A stretch of 64,000 bases of DNA from Octopus bimaculoides. Its lineage: Eukaryota. A program made the position numbers and the translations under genes. Below the pieces are notes generated by a model. That model saw only the letters and a list, made by a program, of their open reading frames with translations, did not search any database and was not told where the DNA came from. The stretch is taken from contig NC_068987.1 of NCBI RefSeq assembly GCF_001194135.2, positions 84,552,676 to 84,616,675 on the forward strand. The letters run 5' to 3'. Shown here in pieces: positions 39,112-53,102 of this stretch (its first letter is position 1; each line of letters opens with the position of its first letter).

Positions 39112-39700
39112 TATGAGGTCTGTACTACAAGAAAAATAAATTAAAGAAAGAAATCTATTGCTTTACATACAATTGATTCGGACTAGTTTCCTTTTAAATT
39201 GTTTCCTCCAACATTGATACATCTATCTAAGTGATTTTCTTTTTATTGACGCTGTTATACCTACACTGAAGACGTCAGTTGAACTTAACTTATGGTTGAA
39301 CACTTTCGAAACAATTAATTGATTTCAAGGGTCAAATAATAATGTTGATATTAAATTCAACGCAAATAGACATTTCTATCTAATACTCATTTTGTTACTG
39401 AATTTGCGGGTAAATATTGGACTAAGGACCTATCATGCTTGACATTACCATGAGATCGAATGACGCAGGGTTACTTACTGAAAACGCTTTTCATGCGCAT
39501 TGCACAGTTCGTGTAGCAAATTTCCTTCTGTCTCATTTCTTTTAGCAACAAAAATCGGAGACCATTCGGGGAAAATGTCTTGCGCTTCGTCAAAAGCTCA
39601 CTTAACGATTAGCCTATGACAGGTGTTTTGTCGAGGTGCAGCGTCGAAGTTTTACTTGCGTGTGCACCAGGCCACTTCTATGTCGTTCCTTTTTAATATT
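39112..39700 (-). mobile_element. Decayed Tc1/mariner transposon remnant
   Basis: TIR-like tatgaggtctgt at 39112. Minus-strand 39192-39239 translates ENHLDRCINVGGNNLK, like the mariner C-terminal RWDKC.NVGGDY motif. A WSPIF stretch near 39550-39570 may be a WVPR remnant. Confidence 0.5.
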
Positions 39701-42039
39701 TCTATCATGGGACCCTGCACAAAGTTTTCCAGATCTAGTTTTCAATATCAATTCTCGGCGCAATAACTTCCCAGACTGAAACAAAATTTACATTTCAAGG
39801 AACAGGAACATTGTTGACTTATCCATGAAGATGTAAATTATGTTTGAAGTGTTCTTTGAAATTATAAAACATGTCGAGTTAAAATTCTGAATTCTCTGCT
39901 CTCATAGCTTTATAGTTTTGCCGGATTTCTCAAGCGTCTTATAAGCTTCAATTAAAGCGAAAATGAAACAAAATCATCACAACTATTATCCACTTTCTCG
40001 AAAATTTGCAATACATCTATCTTTCATTTCTGTTTATTTGCCTCTCTGTCGTTATCTGCCCCCATTTCTTTCATTAGCGACAAATCTGGGCATTCACTCA
40101 TGCTACACAAACTCTCTCACGCATTTTATAATGGTACTCTTATTCTTTCAAATGGTTATTCTAGGTAAGGCACTTTATAATAAAAAGTACATACACGTTT
40201 ATTTTAAACTGGTCTTTAGTAGAAACAGAGTTATCCATGAAGTGTTTTGCCCCTATATGCGAATATATTTCTAATAAATTTCCTGGATTTTATCAGCATC
40301 ATTGCACATCTCAGGTTCGCTGAATTGAGTCTGAGCTCTCAATATTGTACCCAACATGGTCAAATAATAAATATTTTACTTTCAGTTCTGTATTACATAT
40401 GAAAAATGATGCTCGCTATTACAAGATCAATTTTAAGATGTAATTTGAGTATCAATAAAATATGCGAAAACAACCAGAATAATGCAGATGCAGAGACGTA
40501 AAAAGATGATTCAATAATTGTTTTAACACTCTAAAAGAACTAATAAATATCGTAATTTTATTACTTCGATATCTACTAACATCACCCACAATTTTCGAAT
40601 GTAGAAACACCTTTGAGAATACATGACACCCGGTGAAATTGATAGAGAAATGTGAAAGAAGTGCACCAGCATATAGATCAGAGGTTAAAACTGTGATTAC
40701 GAAATGAGTTAAAGAGGATTATGTAATGTAATTTGAACGGAATTAAACAGAGGCTATCCTGAGTATAAATACTTAAGCACTCTTCATATATTTTCCAGTG
40801 TAAGAAATCAATAACTAAATAACGTAAGCAATCAATATTCTATATTGCACGTTGCAGTTGTATGAGAAGATAAAAGACAGCCATTGCAAATATCTGACGT
40901 CATCAAGTGAAATTGCACCAGTAAAATACAGGCAATGATATACTTTAGCTACAACGGCTAGCAAGATTAGAAGGAAATGACACTGACTTTGTAACATGCA
41001 GAATATTTGAAATCGAATACAAATTGATATTTACACTATGGTTAGGTGTATTTCGAAAAGTTGTTAAAACTGCAAGAATTATATGACGGATATATTACTG
41101 CAATTCCAATAAAAGGAGCATTTTTACAACATTGATAACAATAGGATACGCACGCATGGCCGAATCTTTAAAATGCCCTCGTTTCAATCACGCGGTCCAG
41201 AGATCAATTCCCAAGAGCTGCGCATTGGAAAAGTGTCATTTACTATAGCCTTTACTCAATTTAATCCACTTAAGTAACAGAAATTATGGAGACTGGAATT
41301 GCGCAGAACCTCCGAGGTTATACTGCAGCTGTAATTCCAATATCTCAAGCTTGTCAAAGTGTCATGGCGATTATTTCTCAGTATTACGTTCTAAGCACAC
41401 ATAAATTTATTCAGAATAATCAGCCTATTAAGCAACAAACCAATGAAATTGTTGGATTCAAAATGGTATTTTGACCTCAACCAGAGCGCATGTAGATAAG
41501 AAGTTCGATTCGCAATGACGTGGTTTTTGGTTCAAACTCGCTGAGTTGCAAATTAGATTTGTCATTTATCATATCGTGGAGTGAGTTAAAGTACTGCGTA
41601 GAGCCAAATTGAAAAGAACATTCATGTTTTTGAATGGCAGGCTTAATTCATCGGGTATTTTAAGAGCACCAGAAGGTCTTGGGGTCCTTTCATAACAATC
41701 CGCCCAGCTTTAAACTTTCGAGGGTGAGATCTTCGGTTTGTGTCTGAGGATAACTTCCGCAGTTGGTTTGCATGTCTCAGAGTCTTTGAAAAAAATTAGC
41801 ACCTGCAAAATTCTTCCGCTTATCAGGAATTCATGTTTAACAATACACCTCATTAACTTGAGTATCTTTAACGGTGACCACTTTGTCGGAAGCATTTGGA
41901 CCAGATGTCCATTGTCATTATTTCCTCCGTTCACCAGTCAAGGAAGCTCTGGAAAGTATTAACGACAAATAACATAAATAAGAATCGATGCGAGAACCGA
42001 TCAATGGTAGGGCAAAAAAAGCTATAACAACAGTAACAA

Positions 42040-42222
42040 TCTTTTCTACTAAGGGACGAAGGCCTGAAATGTTGTGGGAGGGAACTAGTCAATTACATCG
42101 ACCCCAGTATTTGACTGATACTTAACTTATCGACCCCGAAAGGATGAAAGGTATAGCCGACCTCATCGGAATTTGAACTCAGAACGTAAAGATGGACAAA
42201 ATACTGCTAAGCATTCAGCCAG
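42040..42222 (-). mobile_element. SINE family B
   Basis: Central domain well preserved. Confidence 0.8.
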
Positions 42223-42868
42223 TTCGCCGACTTGATAACAACACTAACATTAATACTGAAATAGCAATAATAAGAATGGTCTTCTACATATAAGTATGTA
42301 ACTGATACAATAACTTAGTGTTATCGCTTCTAACATTATCCAACTAAATTATATTACCAATACATACAGGACTAGTCTTTTTAAAATCTTTGCCTCATAA
42401 AGAATGAACAGTTAACATTTTGTTTCACTCAGGCTATCTTACTTTAGGTTTAGGGTTACTACTGGAACATGTTGTGACTATGTTTGCTACTGCAAACTGG
42501 CTGTTATATAAAAAAAAATATTTACCATATAGTTGCAGGAGTGGCTATGTAGTAAAAAGCTTGCTTCTCAACTACATCGTTCTGGGTTCAGTTCCACTGC
42601 GTGGCTACCTTGGGCAAGTGACTTCTACTATAGCCTCGGTCCTACCAAAGCCTTGTGAGTGGATTTGGTAGACGGAAACTGAAAGAAGCCCCTCGTGTGT
42701 ATTCTGTGTAAGATATAAGTTAGAAGTTATGCAACCATCTAAGGGATAGATATGTCTATAGGCACTCCTGGTGTATTACCTCAGTATGTTTGGTCCTTGT
42801 TATAAGGTATACGGTAGCAGGTAATTTAAAAGGTAAGCCGTGGTTTAATATATATATATATAAACGGG

Positions 42869-42967
42869 AAGAAATGGTTCAATAAACAGTGAGAAGTGGA
42901 TCGTTGGTGTTATAATGACTTTATAACACCAACGATCCATTTCTCACTGTTTATTGCACCATTTCTT
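42869..42967. repeat. Inverted repeat (47-bp arms, 5-nt loop) between (TA)n tracts
   Basis: Arms 42869-42915 and 42921-42967 match at 45 of 47 positions. Confidence 0.9.
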
Positions 42968-43085
42968 ATCGTCTTTATATATATATATATATAGTGATAA
43001 TTTATATATAAAAAAAATAAAAGACGAAGACCGGTGTGTAAACAATAAAGAGATGTATTAGTTTAACGCTCGGGAAGTGAGAAAG

Positions 43086-43123
43086 GCTTTTACGTTTTGT
43101 ACCTGTGCTCTTCAACAGAAAGG
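43086..43123 (-). ncRNA. Degenerate hammerhead-like motif, family D
   Basis: The minus strand reads ccttt-CTGTTGA-a-gagc(acag)gtac-AAAA-c-gta-aaagc. It shares the downstream ttcccgagcg flank with the other two copies. Confidence 0.4.
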
Positions 43124-44884
43124 AACACAAAAAAAAAACAGGGAAAGAAAATAATAAAGGTTTAGTGGCTAGCGATCTNNNNNNNNNNNNNNNNNNNNNN
43201 NNNNNNNNNNNNNNNNNNNNNNNNNNNNNNNNNNNNNNNNNNNNNNNNNNNNNNNNNNNNNNNNNNNNNNNNNNNNNNNNNNNNNNNNNNNNNNNNNTGT
43301 GTGTGTGTGTGTGTGTGTGTGTACGCATGTATGTATTTATGTGTGTGTGTGTGTGTTTTTCTCCCCCAGCATCGCTTGACAACCGATATTGGTGTGTTTA
43401 CGTTCCCGTAACTTAGCAGTTCGGCAAAAGAGAACAATAGAATAAGTACTAGGCTTACAAAGAATAAGTCCCCTGGTCGATTTGTTCGACTAAAAGTGGT
43501 GCTCCAGCATGGCCGCAGTTAAATGACTGAAACAATTAGAAGAAGAAAAGAATACGTTGACCTGTACTGAAAACTAGGAAGTCCAGTTTAGCATTCCATC
43601 TACATTTTTGACCACTAAGTATAATTTTTTCTAAAGCGCTCTACGAAGAACGGTGTTAAAAGTGATGCATCACATATGTTAATGGTACTTAGTCATAAAC
43701 AATGGTAAGTAAGATTTTTTTTCTAAAATTGGCTAGTTTTTAGTGGTGGCCAATACTCTAATAAATTCAAACACGCAAAAGTGGCATTCGTGTAATCGGA
43801 AATCAGTAGAAGTAAAGTACTATTTCGAGTCTGAAGATCTACTGGAACGGTAACCCTGTTTCCAATGCGTAGATATAACTGAGATCGCAGCATCACCTCG
43901 GAACGAAATGCCAGTCCGTCGCAGTGTTACTCATTTACCGATGAGCAGAATGAAAGAACGGGAAATGAACTGTGTTGCTCAAGAAAACAACGGACCACTC
44001 GGTCTGGAAGATGAAACTACGATCTTGCGAACCCTTGGACATGTACTTTCTACACCAGCAAGAATGAAAGTTAATCTCCATTACAAAGGTATTTCCTACC
44101 ATCGAAGAGCGCGTTTTTGATTTGCCCAGAATATTACTTTGAATAAGAATGCCACAATAAGATAATTTCCAGTTAATTGTAATTCCATTCAGCAGATATC
44201 AATCCACGACCGGATGAATTCTCTGCATAATGGCGCTAGCTCTTTCTATTGCTCGTTATTGTCTTATCTTTCCACGCTGACAAATTGTGGGATGGACGAG
44301 CGGCTACTGCGGTTTAGTGATTAGCACTGACAACCCATTGGTACTCAAACAGAATTTGAACTCAGAAAACACAGTGTCAGAACAGCTACAACAAAGTAAT
44401 ATTTTCTTTCAGGATGGAGCTACGAAGCGAAACTAACTGGACTGATAATTTATTTGTATACACCGAATGGATAAATGACAGAATTGATCTTGAAGAATTT
44501 TCAACTCAGAAAGCAAAAACCTGGAACGACCACGGCAGGACACTCCATCCATGGCTCTAACAACTCTGCATATTCACCGCCAGTAATAATATCAGAATGG
44601 TGAAATATTGCTTTGGTACACAGCAAGGCATTGGACATGGTTTGAAATAGTATAATCGATGTATTGATTATACCTGCAACTCTAACTTCACTAAATTCTT
44701 CCGTTGATGATATTTCGAGAGTAGCAGAAAGTAAATGAGATTACTACTGTAAAACATTTGTCATCACTTTACCATTCCCCCGCCCGCTCCTCCTTCTCCT
44801 CCTCCTCGTCGTCGTCGTCGTCGTCGTCGTCGTAGTAGTAGTAGTAGTAGTAATAATAATAATAATAATAATAATGATAATAAT

Positions 44885-45210
44885 AATCCTGACTGCTATA
44901 GGCACAACGCTTTGAAATTTCGCGGGAGGAGACTGGTCAATGATATCGACACAAGTGCACGACTGGTACTTTTTTATATGGACCCGGAAAAGGTGAATGT
45001 CGATCTCGGTGGAATTTGAACTCAGAACGTGGCCCGCCTTGCTAACACGATGACAATGATAATCCTTTCTACTGGAAGCACAACTCCTCAAATTTGGTTC
45101 TTAATGTTATTTCACCCGAAAGGGTGAAAGGCAAAGTGGACCTCGGTGGAATTTGAACCCAGAGTGTGAAGACGGACTAAATACGCATATCGCCCGGCTT
45201 GCTAACACCA
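44885..45210 (-). mobile_element. Two partial SINE family B copies
   Basis: Repeated ctcggtggaatttgaac[tc]caga motifs with internal deletions. Confidence 0.65.
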
Positions 45211-46589
45211 TTATAGTAATAATACTACAGCAACTACTGCGCTTGCTGCATTTTTGTTACGTTCACGTTTATAATGATATTTATAAAATACATCGGCGTT
45301 GTAGTTCTTTCAATGATGTAAATGACTTTCAGTAATGTAAGCGCCTCTTGAATGAATCTATGTTGCTTTCAAGAATTTGCTCGCTGCCCATCATCAGTTT
45401 TAACTTTTCTGTGATCCTCTACTGGACATTTTCCCCAATATGTTGTGCAGAAATAGGTACTGTGTATACTTGGCAACAGTCTGGATGCAAAATGTTCAAC
45501 GGCCGTATTGTTTTGACCCGGAATTTCGGTTCAGTCAAAGAGTGGATGGGATCAAACTCAATTCCATCATTTAGGAGTGTTGTTTCGGAGGGGGTGTGAG
45601 TTTGATCTTCATGGCTGTTTGCTAAAAATGTTTTCTTCTCTAAAAGCATTTTATCCTATATATGCTCTTCGGTCAGTATTTACACGTTGAGAAAAAATCT
45701 TTCTACTTGTTCTACAATACATTCCAACGCTTCAAAAACAAACTCATGTTTGTTTACGTATGACGTATTGATAAATAGCTTTATTCAAACACTCGATGAA
45801 GTTTCAGCACAGCAGGTCTCTCCAATAGCAAATAATTCTTCATGAAATTTGCTGTTTTATAAATAATAGAATTTCCTTTCATAAACAGTTTCAAATGCAA
45901 CTTCACAGCATCACATTTGAAGTAGAAAGACAAATGTATAGATCCATAAGTGAAAACACTTTTGACCGTATATGAAACAGACTACTGGATAGAGAAATTC
46001 GAGTTGAAAACTGCGCTGTAGGTATTGCTGAATTGGATAAGGAAGAATAATTAAATTCTTAAAATCAAACGTCTTAAATTATTTTGTTTTGTATAAAAAA
46101 AACTGACATTTGTCATAGTTCTCTAAATCCCTAAAGTATCTGGTAATATATATATATCCTTATATATACAATAGTAAGTATCTTTCTTTTATTCTATATA
46201 CTTATAAGTATCTTCTTATTGGATATACAGTACTAAATAACTTCTTACTAGACTTTTAGTACAACAGATTTACGATACCCGTACCACTGTGGTGCATTAT
46301 ATCAACGTATTTCAAATTCCGGCGTGGATGATCCGTTTTCGGCTTAGATGTGACACTTTCGGCTTTATAAACGTTGCGGATTATACATAATTTTATCCAT
46401 GTTAACTTTATGACGCAAAACGAATGTTAACAGGTGCTCTCAAAGATAATGTGTCACTGTATACGGTTACTTATAAATTTTTCAATTAAATTTATATGTA
46501 ATTTAGGTACTCAAATTAGCCACAGTTATTTGCGTCGTAATCTTTACTTTGACACCCACTTCAAAAAATATCCTTGTCTACTAATAACT

Positions 46590-47028
46590 CTTTCTACTGA
46601 TGACACAAGGCCTGACATTTTGGGGGAGGGGTCTAGTTGATTACTTCGAACCCAATGTATCAACGGTACTTAATTTATCGACCCTTTCGAAGTATGAAAG
46701 CAAAGTCGACCTCGGCGGAATTTGAACTCAGAAGGTAAAGACATTTGAAATGCCGCTAAGCATTTTGCCCGGTGTGCTAATGGTTCTGCCAGCTCATCGC
46801 CTTAAATAATAATATTTTCTACTAATGACACAAGAACTGAAATTTTGGGGGAGGGGACCAGTCGATTACTTTGAACTCAGTGCATGAATGGTACTTAATT
46901 TATCGATCCTTTCAAAGGATGAAAAGCAAAGTCGACCTCGGCGGAATTTGAACTCAGAACGTAAAGACAGATGAAATGCCGCTAAGCATATTGTCCGGAG
47001 TGCTAACGTTTCTGCCAGCTTGCTGCCT
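46590..47028 (-). mobile_element. Two tandem SINE family B copies (46590-46803, 46814-47028)
   Basis: Closely similar full-length copies, both with the tctact[g/a]atgacacaag tail. Confidence 0.88.
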
Positions 47029-48799
47029 TCATCTCTACTACTAATAACAAGCAATACTTATTTCGTATGACGGATGAAGCCATTTTCTTTTTTCTTGTTC
47101 CCGACATGTTCTTTTTTCTGCAGAATGTATGTTACCTCTAATCGATACTTAGGTTCCGTAGTCAGAAGTTACTGTATTGACAATCATTGACATAAAACTA
47201 GCATTTACAGAATCTGTCAACGCTAATGTTAACGTAGCTATGTCGTTTAGAATCGAAAGTGATGTCTCTGTGGACACCAGCATGACTATTACTAACCCAG
47301 CTTATAGGACTATAGTATTTTTCTGTCACTTAATTCTTCGGTAAAAATCTTTGCAAGAGAGACAATAAGAGCTAATGCGATTATCACAGATGTCAGCATG
47401 TGTCACTAACTTATTACAGACACCCTAGTGACTGTTCAAAAGTGAATTCTTTATATGTTCCATATAAGACATACAAATATGAAAATACCTGCTGATGATT
47501 ACGACATACGTCGTTCTATTACGAAAGACTACATCAATCTCAATATCGTAATGTTTGATATGATATCAACTGATATGATATCAACTGACTTTTCATTGAG
47601 TATCTTCCATATTTATTAAACAACATTTAACAAGTGGTCTCGGGATGTTACATTTATCAAAAGTTAAATTCATGTCAGCGCATCAGATTTATGCATTTGT
47701 TTGTCTCGAGAAGAATAAAGCTGATTGCTCTGTTAATGTCAACTATCAATAGATGTCCGTAGAATGAATGCTATTCGTGTCCGTGTTGTGACATTTCTTC
47801 AACTATCCTTTATTATACCAGTTATTTCTTTTAATTTTAAATCTACTTAAATGTGACCAATAGAACTAATCTTCGATTTTCCTTCCGAATTGGTGTCTTT
47901 TTAACATTGTAAGAGTGCAAATTAACTGTTTGGACCTCCACCCATTCTATTCTACAAGAAATGGTCAGCATGAGAGTTATGGTGACACTGTCTCTTAAGC
48001 AGTGATATTAGTTCTAGAATCGATAAATATGCCAATCTCCGCGTGTGAATATATTCTGCCTGCTATTTTTCTCTTGCTATAAACTGTATCTTCTATCAAC
48101 ACCTTATGAATCCGCTGTACATGTGTGCAAGCCACCTGAGAAGATACTGGTTGATGAAATGCATCTTACACATTCTATTTCCCAATGGATAGAAAGTTGC
48201 TGCGGTAATTAAAACTGTCAAACGAACAATACTGTCAAGCGAAACACTATTGGGGCTTGGTATGGGGAAATTGCTTCAACTGAAATATAAATATTCCTGA
48301 AAATTGACTTGACATTTCTATCGAAACTCATAACGGAGGCACATACAGAGAAAGCCGATGAAGCATATTTTAAGCTAATAAACCGTTGGTGATCATAAAG
48401 TCGTGTTGTTCTACTAAAATTTACGACATCTTGAAAGTTATTGTTACACCTGGAAATTTAGTGTTACTCGTTCACACTTGAAAAAGTTTAAATTTTACGA
48501 TATACTCTGAGTAATTGGTGCGTACTTTTCATAAATATTTGTCGGTGTATATAATGAATGTAATCATTGAATATATATTAATGTCTGATTTAAACTGCAT
48601 CTCATTTTGCGTTAGTGGAATTCACAATAAAAACACAGTTGGACAAAGAATAACTGGAGGACAAAAACCGACATCAACAAAACGCTCAACAGGGTCCCAT
48701 CACTAAATACAATTCTTTAAATAAGCCCACTAAGCGTAGCCCATGGACTCTTCTGTTCAAAATAGTCATGTGCATTGTACATGATCACCTAATAATATC

Positions 48800-49180
48800 G
48801 TTTCTACAGCTGGAAGAATTTCTGAAAGTTGAAGGAGCGGAGTCTCGTCGATTACAGTAACCCAAGAGCTTAGCTGTTACTTATTTCATCAACTCCGAAA
48901 AGATAAAACCAAAGTTGATCTTTGAAGAATATGAATTAAGAGCGTAAAGACGGTCTACATGCGTCCAAGCATTTTGTGCAGTGTGATACCGATTCTGCAC
49001 GTTTTTATTCAATGAAAAATATTCTTTTCATAATTAATACCCAATTCTGCCGAGGTTGACTTTGCATTTCGTCCTTTCGGGAACGATGAAATAAGCATCA
49101 GGTTAAAACTGGGGTCAATCTAATCGACTTACACCCTATTGCGAAATTGTTGGACTTCTGCCAAAATTTGAAATCAATAA
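48800..49180. mobile_element. Old SINE family B copies (minus ~48800-49010; plus ~49040-49180)
   Basis: Degenerate central domains in opposite orientations. Confidence 0.55.
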
Positions 49181-49842
49181 TTGATACTCGGTTCTGTACC
49201 AGACCAAGCACAAAAGACCTGCTTACAAAACTAAAATACTGCATGATAGCCATCTAATCATGAGACACAAACAACATCATACGTACAGGAAACAATCGAC
49301 ACCCACCGAACAAAATGTTTTTAAAAAAATTCTTAAAAGTGTTTTATCTACAATAATAGTTGAGAAAGCCAAACAAACATAAGGCTAAATCAAAAGTGAG
49401 TACACATTCTACTAAATAACAACCGATCACTTAATATATAGCAGAATGGACACAACGCATGTCTAAAGCTATAACCACCTAGCAATCTTCAAATAAATCA
49501 CCCAACCAAACTTTCTATAAAATAATGAACCATAGGCGGCCATATTTACCACGTCATTTGACTCGAATTTAAACGACATATTGAAACTTACAGCAACATA
49601 AAATTTTGTTATGTATTTTGAAAGTTCTAACACGTTTTTCGTATTTTGCTTTCTTCTTTGTTTGGAGGGTAAGTTACAGAAGATTTAATATTTGTTGTAG
49701 GATAGAGGATGACTTAAACTTTCGACTTGCGTTGCCCACATTCACAAAGTTAATATAGCACGAATTATAATCGCATAGTACGGTTGGACGGAGAGAAATG
49801 TGGACAAGAAAAAAACATACAAACAAACTAATCTCATGCAAA

Positions 49843-50230
49843 TATCTGTGTTTAAGAAGCTTGCTTAAAACAATAACGTGCTTTCGAATGCAATCCCGCT
49901 ACGCAGCGCCTTCGGCAGGTACATTCTGCTAAGACCTGGGACTGAGTGACAACTCGAGAATGAGTTTCGTACGGAGCAACATTTGTGGAAACCCGTTATA
50001 TAATGGTGCGTGTATGTGTGTGTGAGTGTATGTGTATGTAGTTATGTCTTCGTGTTTGTTTTGTCTCCACCACCGCTTGAAAACAGGTATTAGTTTGTTG
50101 ATGCCCCCGTAAACAAAGCGGCTCAGTAAAAAGATCCCATGGATGAAGTACCAGATTTTGAAGAGCGTGTGGAATGGGGTGGCATTTTATTGTCCGTGCT
50201 CTCAAATTAGCACTATAGCATGGCTGCAGT
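49843..50230 (+). mobile_element. SINE family A, old copy
   Basis: aagaagcttgctt head and ccaccgcttgaaaacagg 3' region are recognisable. Confidence 0.55.
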
Positions 50231-51130
50231 CCAACGACTGCAACATGGAAAATAAAGCGACATATTGTACACGTTAAAATGAAAATATGATTCTACAGTT
50301 ACAGCGAATACAATGAAAGTAACATCCTCGAAAATATCCAAAGCATTTGCAGTATACAAAGATAATTCTACAGCCTTAATGGACACGAGAACAGTTTTAA
50401 GAAGAAGAGATGTTTGAAAAATTGAAATGTACAATAGCATAATTTAGACTTCTTTAATATATCCCAAATTCGTGAATATGTAATAAAGAACGGCAGCATA
50501 TATATGTACGTGGTTGGGAGAGGACTGTGTGTGTATGTGTGCGTGTGTGTGTATGTGTGTGTATGTGTGTGTGTGTGCGTGTGAGTGTGTGTTCATATAT
50601 TTTATTAAGTCGTTTACACTAGAAAACATGCAGTTAACATTATCAATGAATAAAATAATTGATAGCTCTTTGAATTTTCAAGATACGGAAGTACAACGGA
50701 ACATACAGAGGCATCATCATGCTATGCCGAAGCAGAAAACGCGATGGACGAATGAAGAAAAACGTCGTCTGATGCTAATAGTTAACCATTATATATGGCT
50801 TATAAATGCTTTCATATTATACAGGCTATCAATGCATCGATACGGGAAACAGCAAATTCCCAGAATCCACCTGCATCGAACAAAGAATCTCTGATCACAA
50901 AAGACAAATATTCTGCCACGCAAACAATAACAATACAAAGAGAAACAGAGAGAAACATTGGCTGATGCTGAAAACGAAGGTTGTAATGTGAGTTACACTT
51001 TTAGTGGTGCAATAAAGAGCGTAAATTACGTTAGCGATGTTAATAGCATTAATGCTGGAAGTATTAACAATGATTTCTATTCTTCACAATAATGAATTTC
51101 ATTATTAATAATGAATATAAAGCAGAATTT

Positions 51131-51706
51131 AAGAGCTGGCAGAACCGTTAGTGCCTCGGACAAAATGTTAAGCGCTATTTCTTACAGCATATTACGTTCG
51201 AGTTCAAATAACACCGCGTCGACTTTTCCTTTCATCCTTACGGGGTCGATAATCTAAATACCAGTTGAACACGGAGGTCAACGTAATCAAGTAACGCCCT
51301 CTCCTTAAAATTACTGGTCCTGCGCAAAAATGTGGATCCATTATTCTTCCAACACAATAAAAGTTCGCCGATGTTAACTTTGCTTTTTATTACATTGGTG
51401 TCATAATATATAACTGAACCACTCGGGACAATTACTTCCACTGACCCCTGCCCCTCAAAATTACTAGCGATGCAAGCTGCTTAAAGTTCAGACAATTAAT
51501 AGCAGTTTCAAAATTTGGTACAAGGAGATGGATGCAAGTCCATTACATCGATCCCAGTGCTCAACTGGTACTTATTTTATCGACCTCGAAAAGATGAAAA
51601 GCAGAGTCGACGTTGGCGGAATTTGAATGTAAACTTAAAGACGGAGACGAAATGCTGCTAATGTCTCTTGCAAGCCTGCTAACGATTCTGCCTGCTCGCC
51701 GCCTTT
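51131..51706. mobile_element. Inverted pair of SINE family B copies (plus 51131-51332, minus 51505-51706)
   Basis: Both near full length, in opposite orientations, about 170 bp apart. Confidence 0.75.
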
Positions 51707-53102
51707 CAGATTATTAATACTAATGACTCTAAGTTGTCTATCTGGCACAACCACTCGGACGTCCGTAAAAAGGCCACGCGAAATTTCTTTTGACTTTTTC
51801 AGCTCAGGATTCAATCACGTCAAGTTCAACGAAGTATTTCGACAAAATACAGTGGCATTCAAGTGCTAGGATCGATGTCATTGTCTAACAACTTAGACTC
51901 GAAAATACTGCCCTTGTGTCAAAATAAGAAACATTTATTGTTTTTAGTAATGACTATGATTATCTAACAGCCAAAAGGAAGCGTGTTCGAAGTGCTAGGT
52001 ATTCAATTTGCAACCTCTTATCATTTTTTCTCCAGATTCAGGAATCAGAAACGATTAACATTGACGACGGTAATTTGGCATAGTCGTTAGCGCGTCGAAA
52101 TATTATCTTTGGCTTCTATGTCCTGGCTCATTACGCCATGTGTTCAGATCCTACTTACGTCGAGGTTGGTTTATACCTATTCTGTTTCGATAAAATAACG
52201 TATCACCTACCCTGGGACCTAAATTTCTATCCGTGTATAAATCAGAAATTATGTTTAGTATTATCTAAGTCGGTGAACCAGCAGAATCGTTAGCACGTAG
52301 GACAAAATGCTTAGCGACGTTTTCTCTATCTTTACGTTCTATGTTTAAATTTTATGGACAGCAAGAGTATAGCTTCTGCTGTTGAAGTCTATGAAGTACA
52401 GCCATATATTCCCTATACAGCTACTATATTGGTTTTTGTATCCTGGGAACTAAACAGCCTCATCGTAAGCTCAATCATGCCGACACTCTATTCTCTAATA
52501 CATTATAGCCATTCATATTTTCTTCATCACCTATTCCCTGATCTCACTAATTTCACAGATCTTCCAGCCCGAATTTCAACCCTAATGGAATTTATTTCAT
52601 AGCCAAGTTTTTGTAGCAATCTTCATTTTGAAACTGTTCAATGGTGTTCAATGGAACATGAACTGCCTTGATGTCAAGAGTCTCAGAAGGCTTAGGAACT
52701 CCTTCTCCCTGATCGCGACATTAAAATTATCTAGAATTCTGTCATATTCCGTAGTGTCTAGCATTTGATGTCACTTGTGAACACGTACGTTACAGCAACT
52801 GTTTAAACGCCTGCTTAGAGCAGTCGTTGTAAACCTTATGGAAAATGCTATCGAGATAAGTTTATAATTTAATAAGCAATTTACATTGTTAAATTTTATC
52901 ATAGCATGCAAATAGTATTTTAAGAGAACTAAACAATTTTTAAAAATAAATATGTAATGCCTTGCTAGAAAATATAAGCGACCGGTATTTATTAAATGTT
53001 TATATATATAAAGACCATTTTTGAGATCAGATAACTTAGAAAATATGCTGTCGCCAAAAATGAAAGAAAAAGTACATTTTGGGGGACAAGAAGAACATGA
53101 CT

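Larger units (their letters stand above)
42534..43553 (+). mobile_element. SINE family A, apparently split (5' half 42534-42700, 3' half 43298-43553) by about 600 bp of nested sequence
   Basis: The 5' half ends at gaaagaagccc...gtgtgt; the 3' half resumes at (TG)n...ccagcatcgcttgacaacc. A gap at 43179-43297 lies within the interval. Confidence 0.65.

Noticed and set aside
45300-46050. Coding-looking minus-strand stretch with short ORFs
   Set aside because: Multiple stops, no recognisable domain and no clear splice sites.
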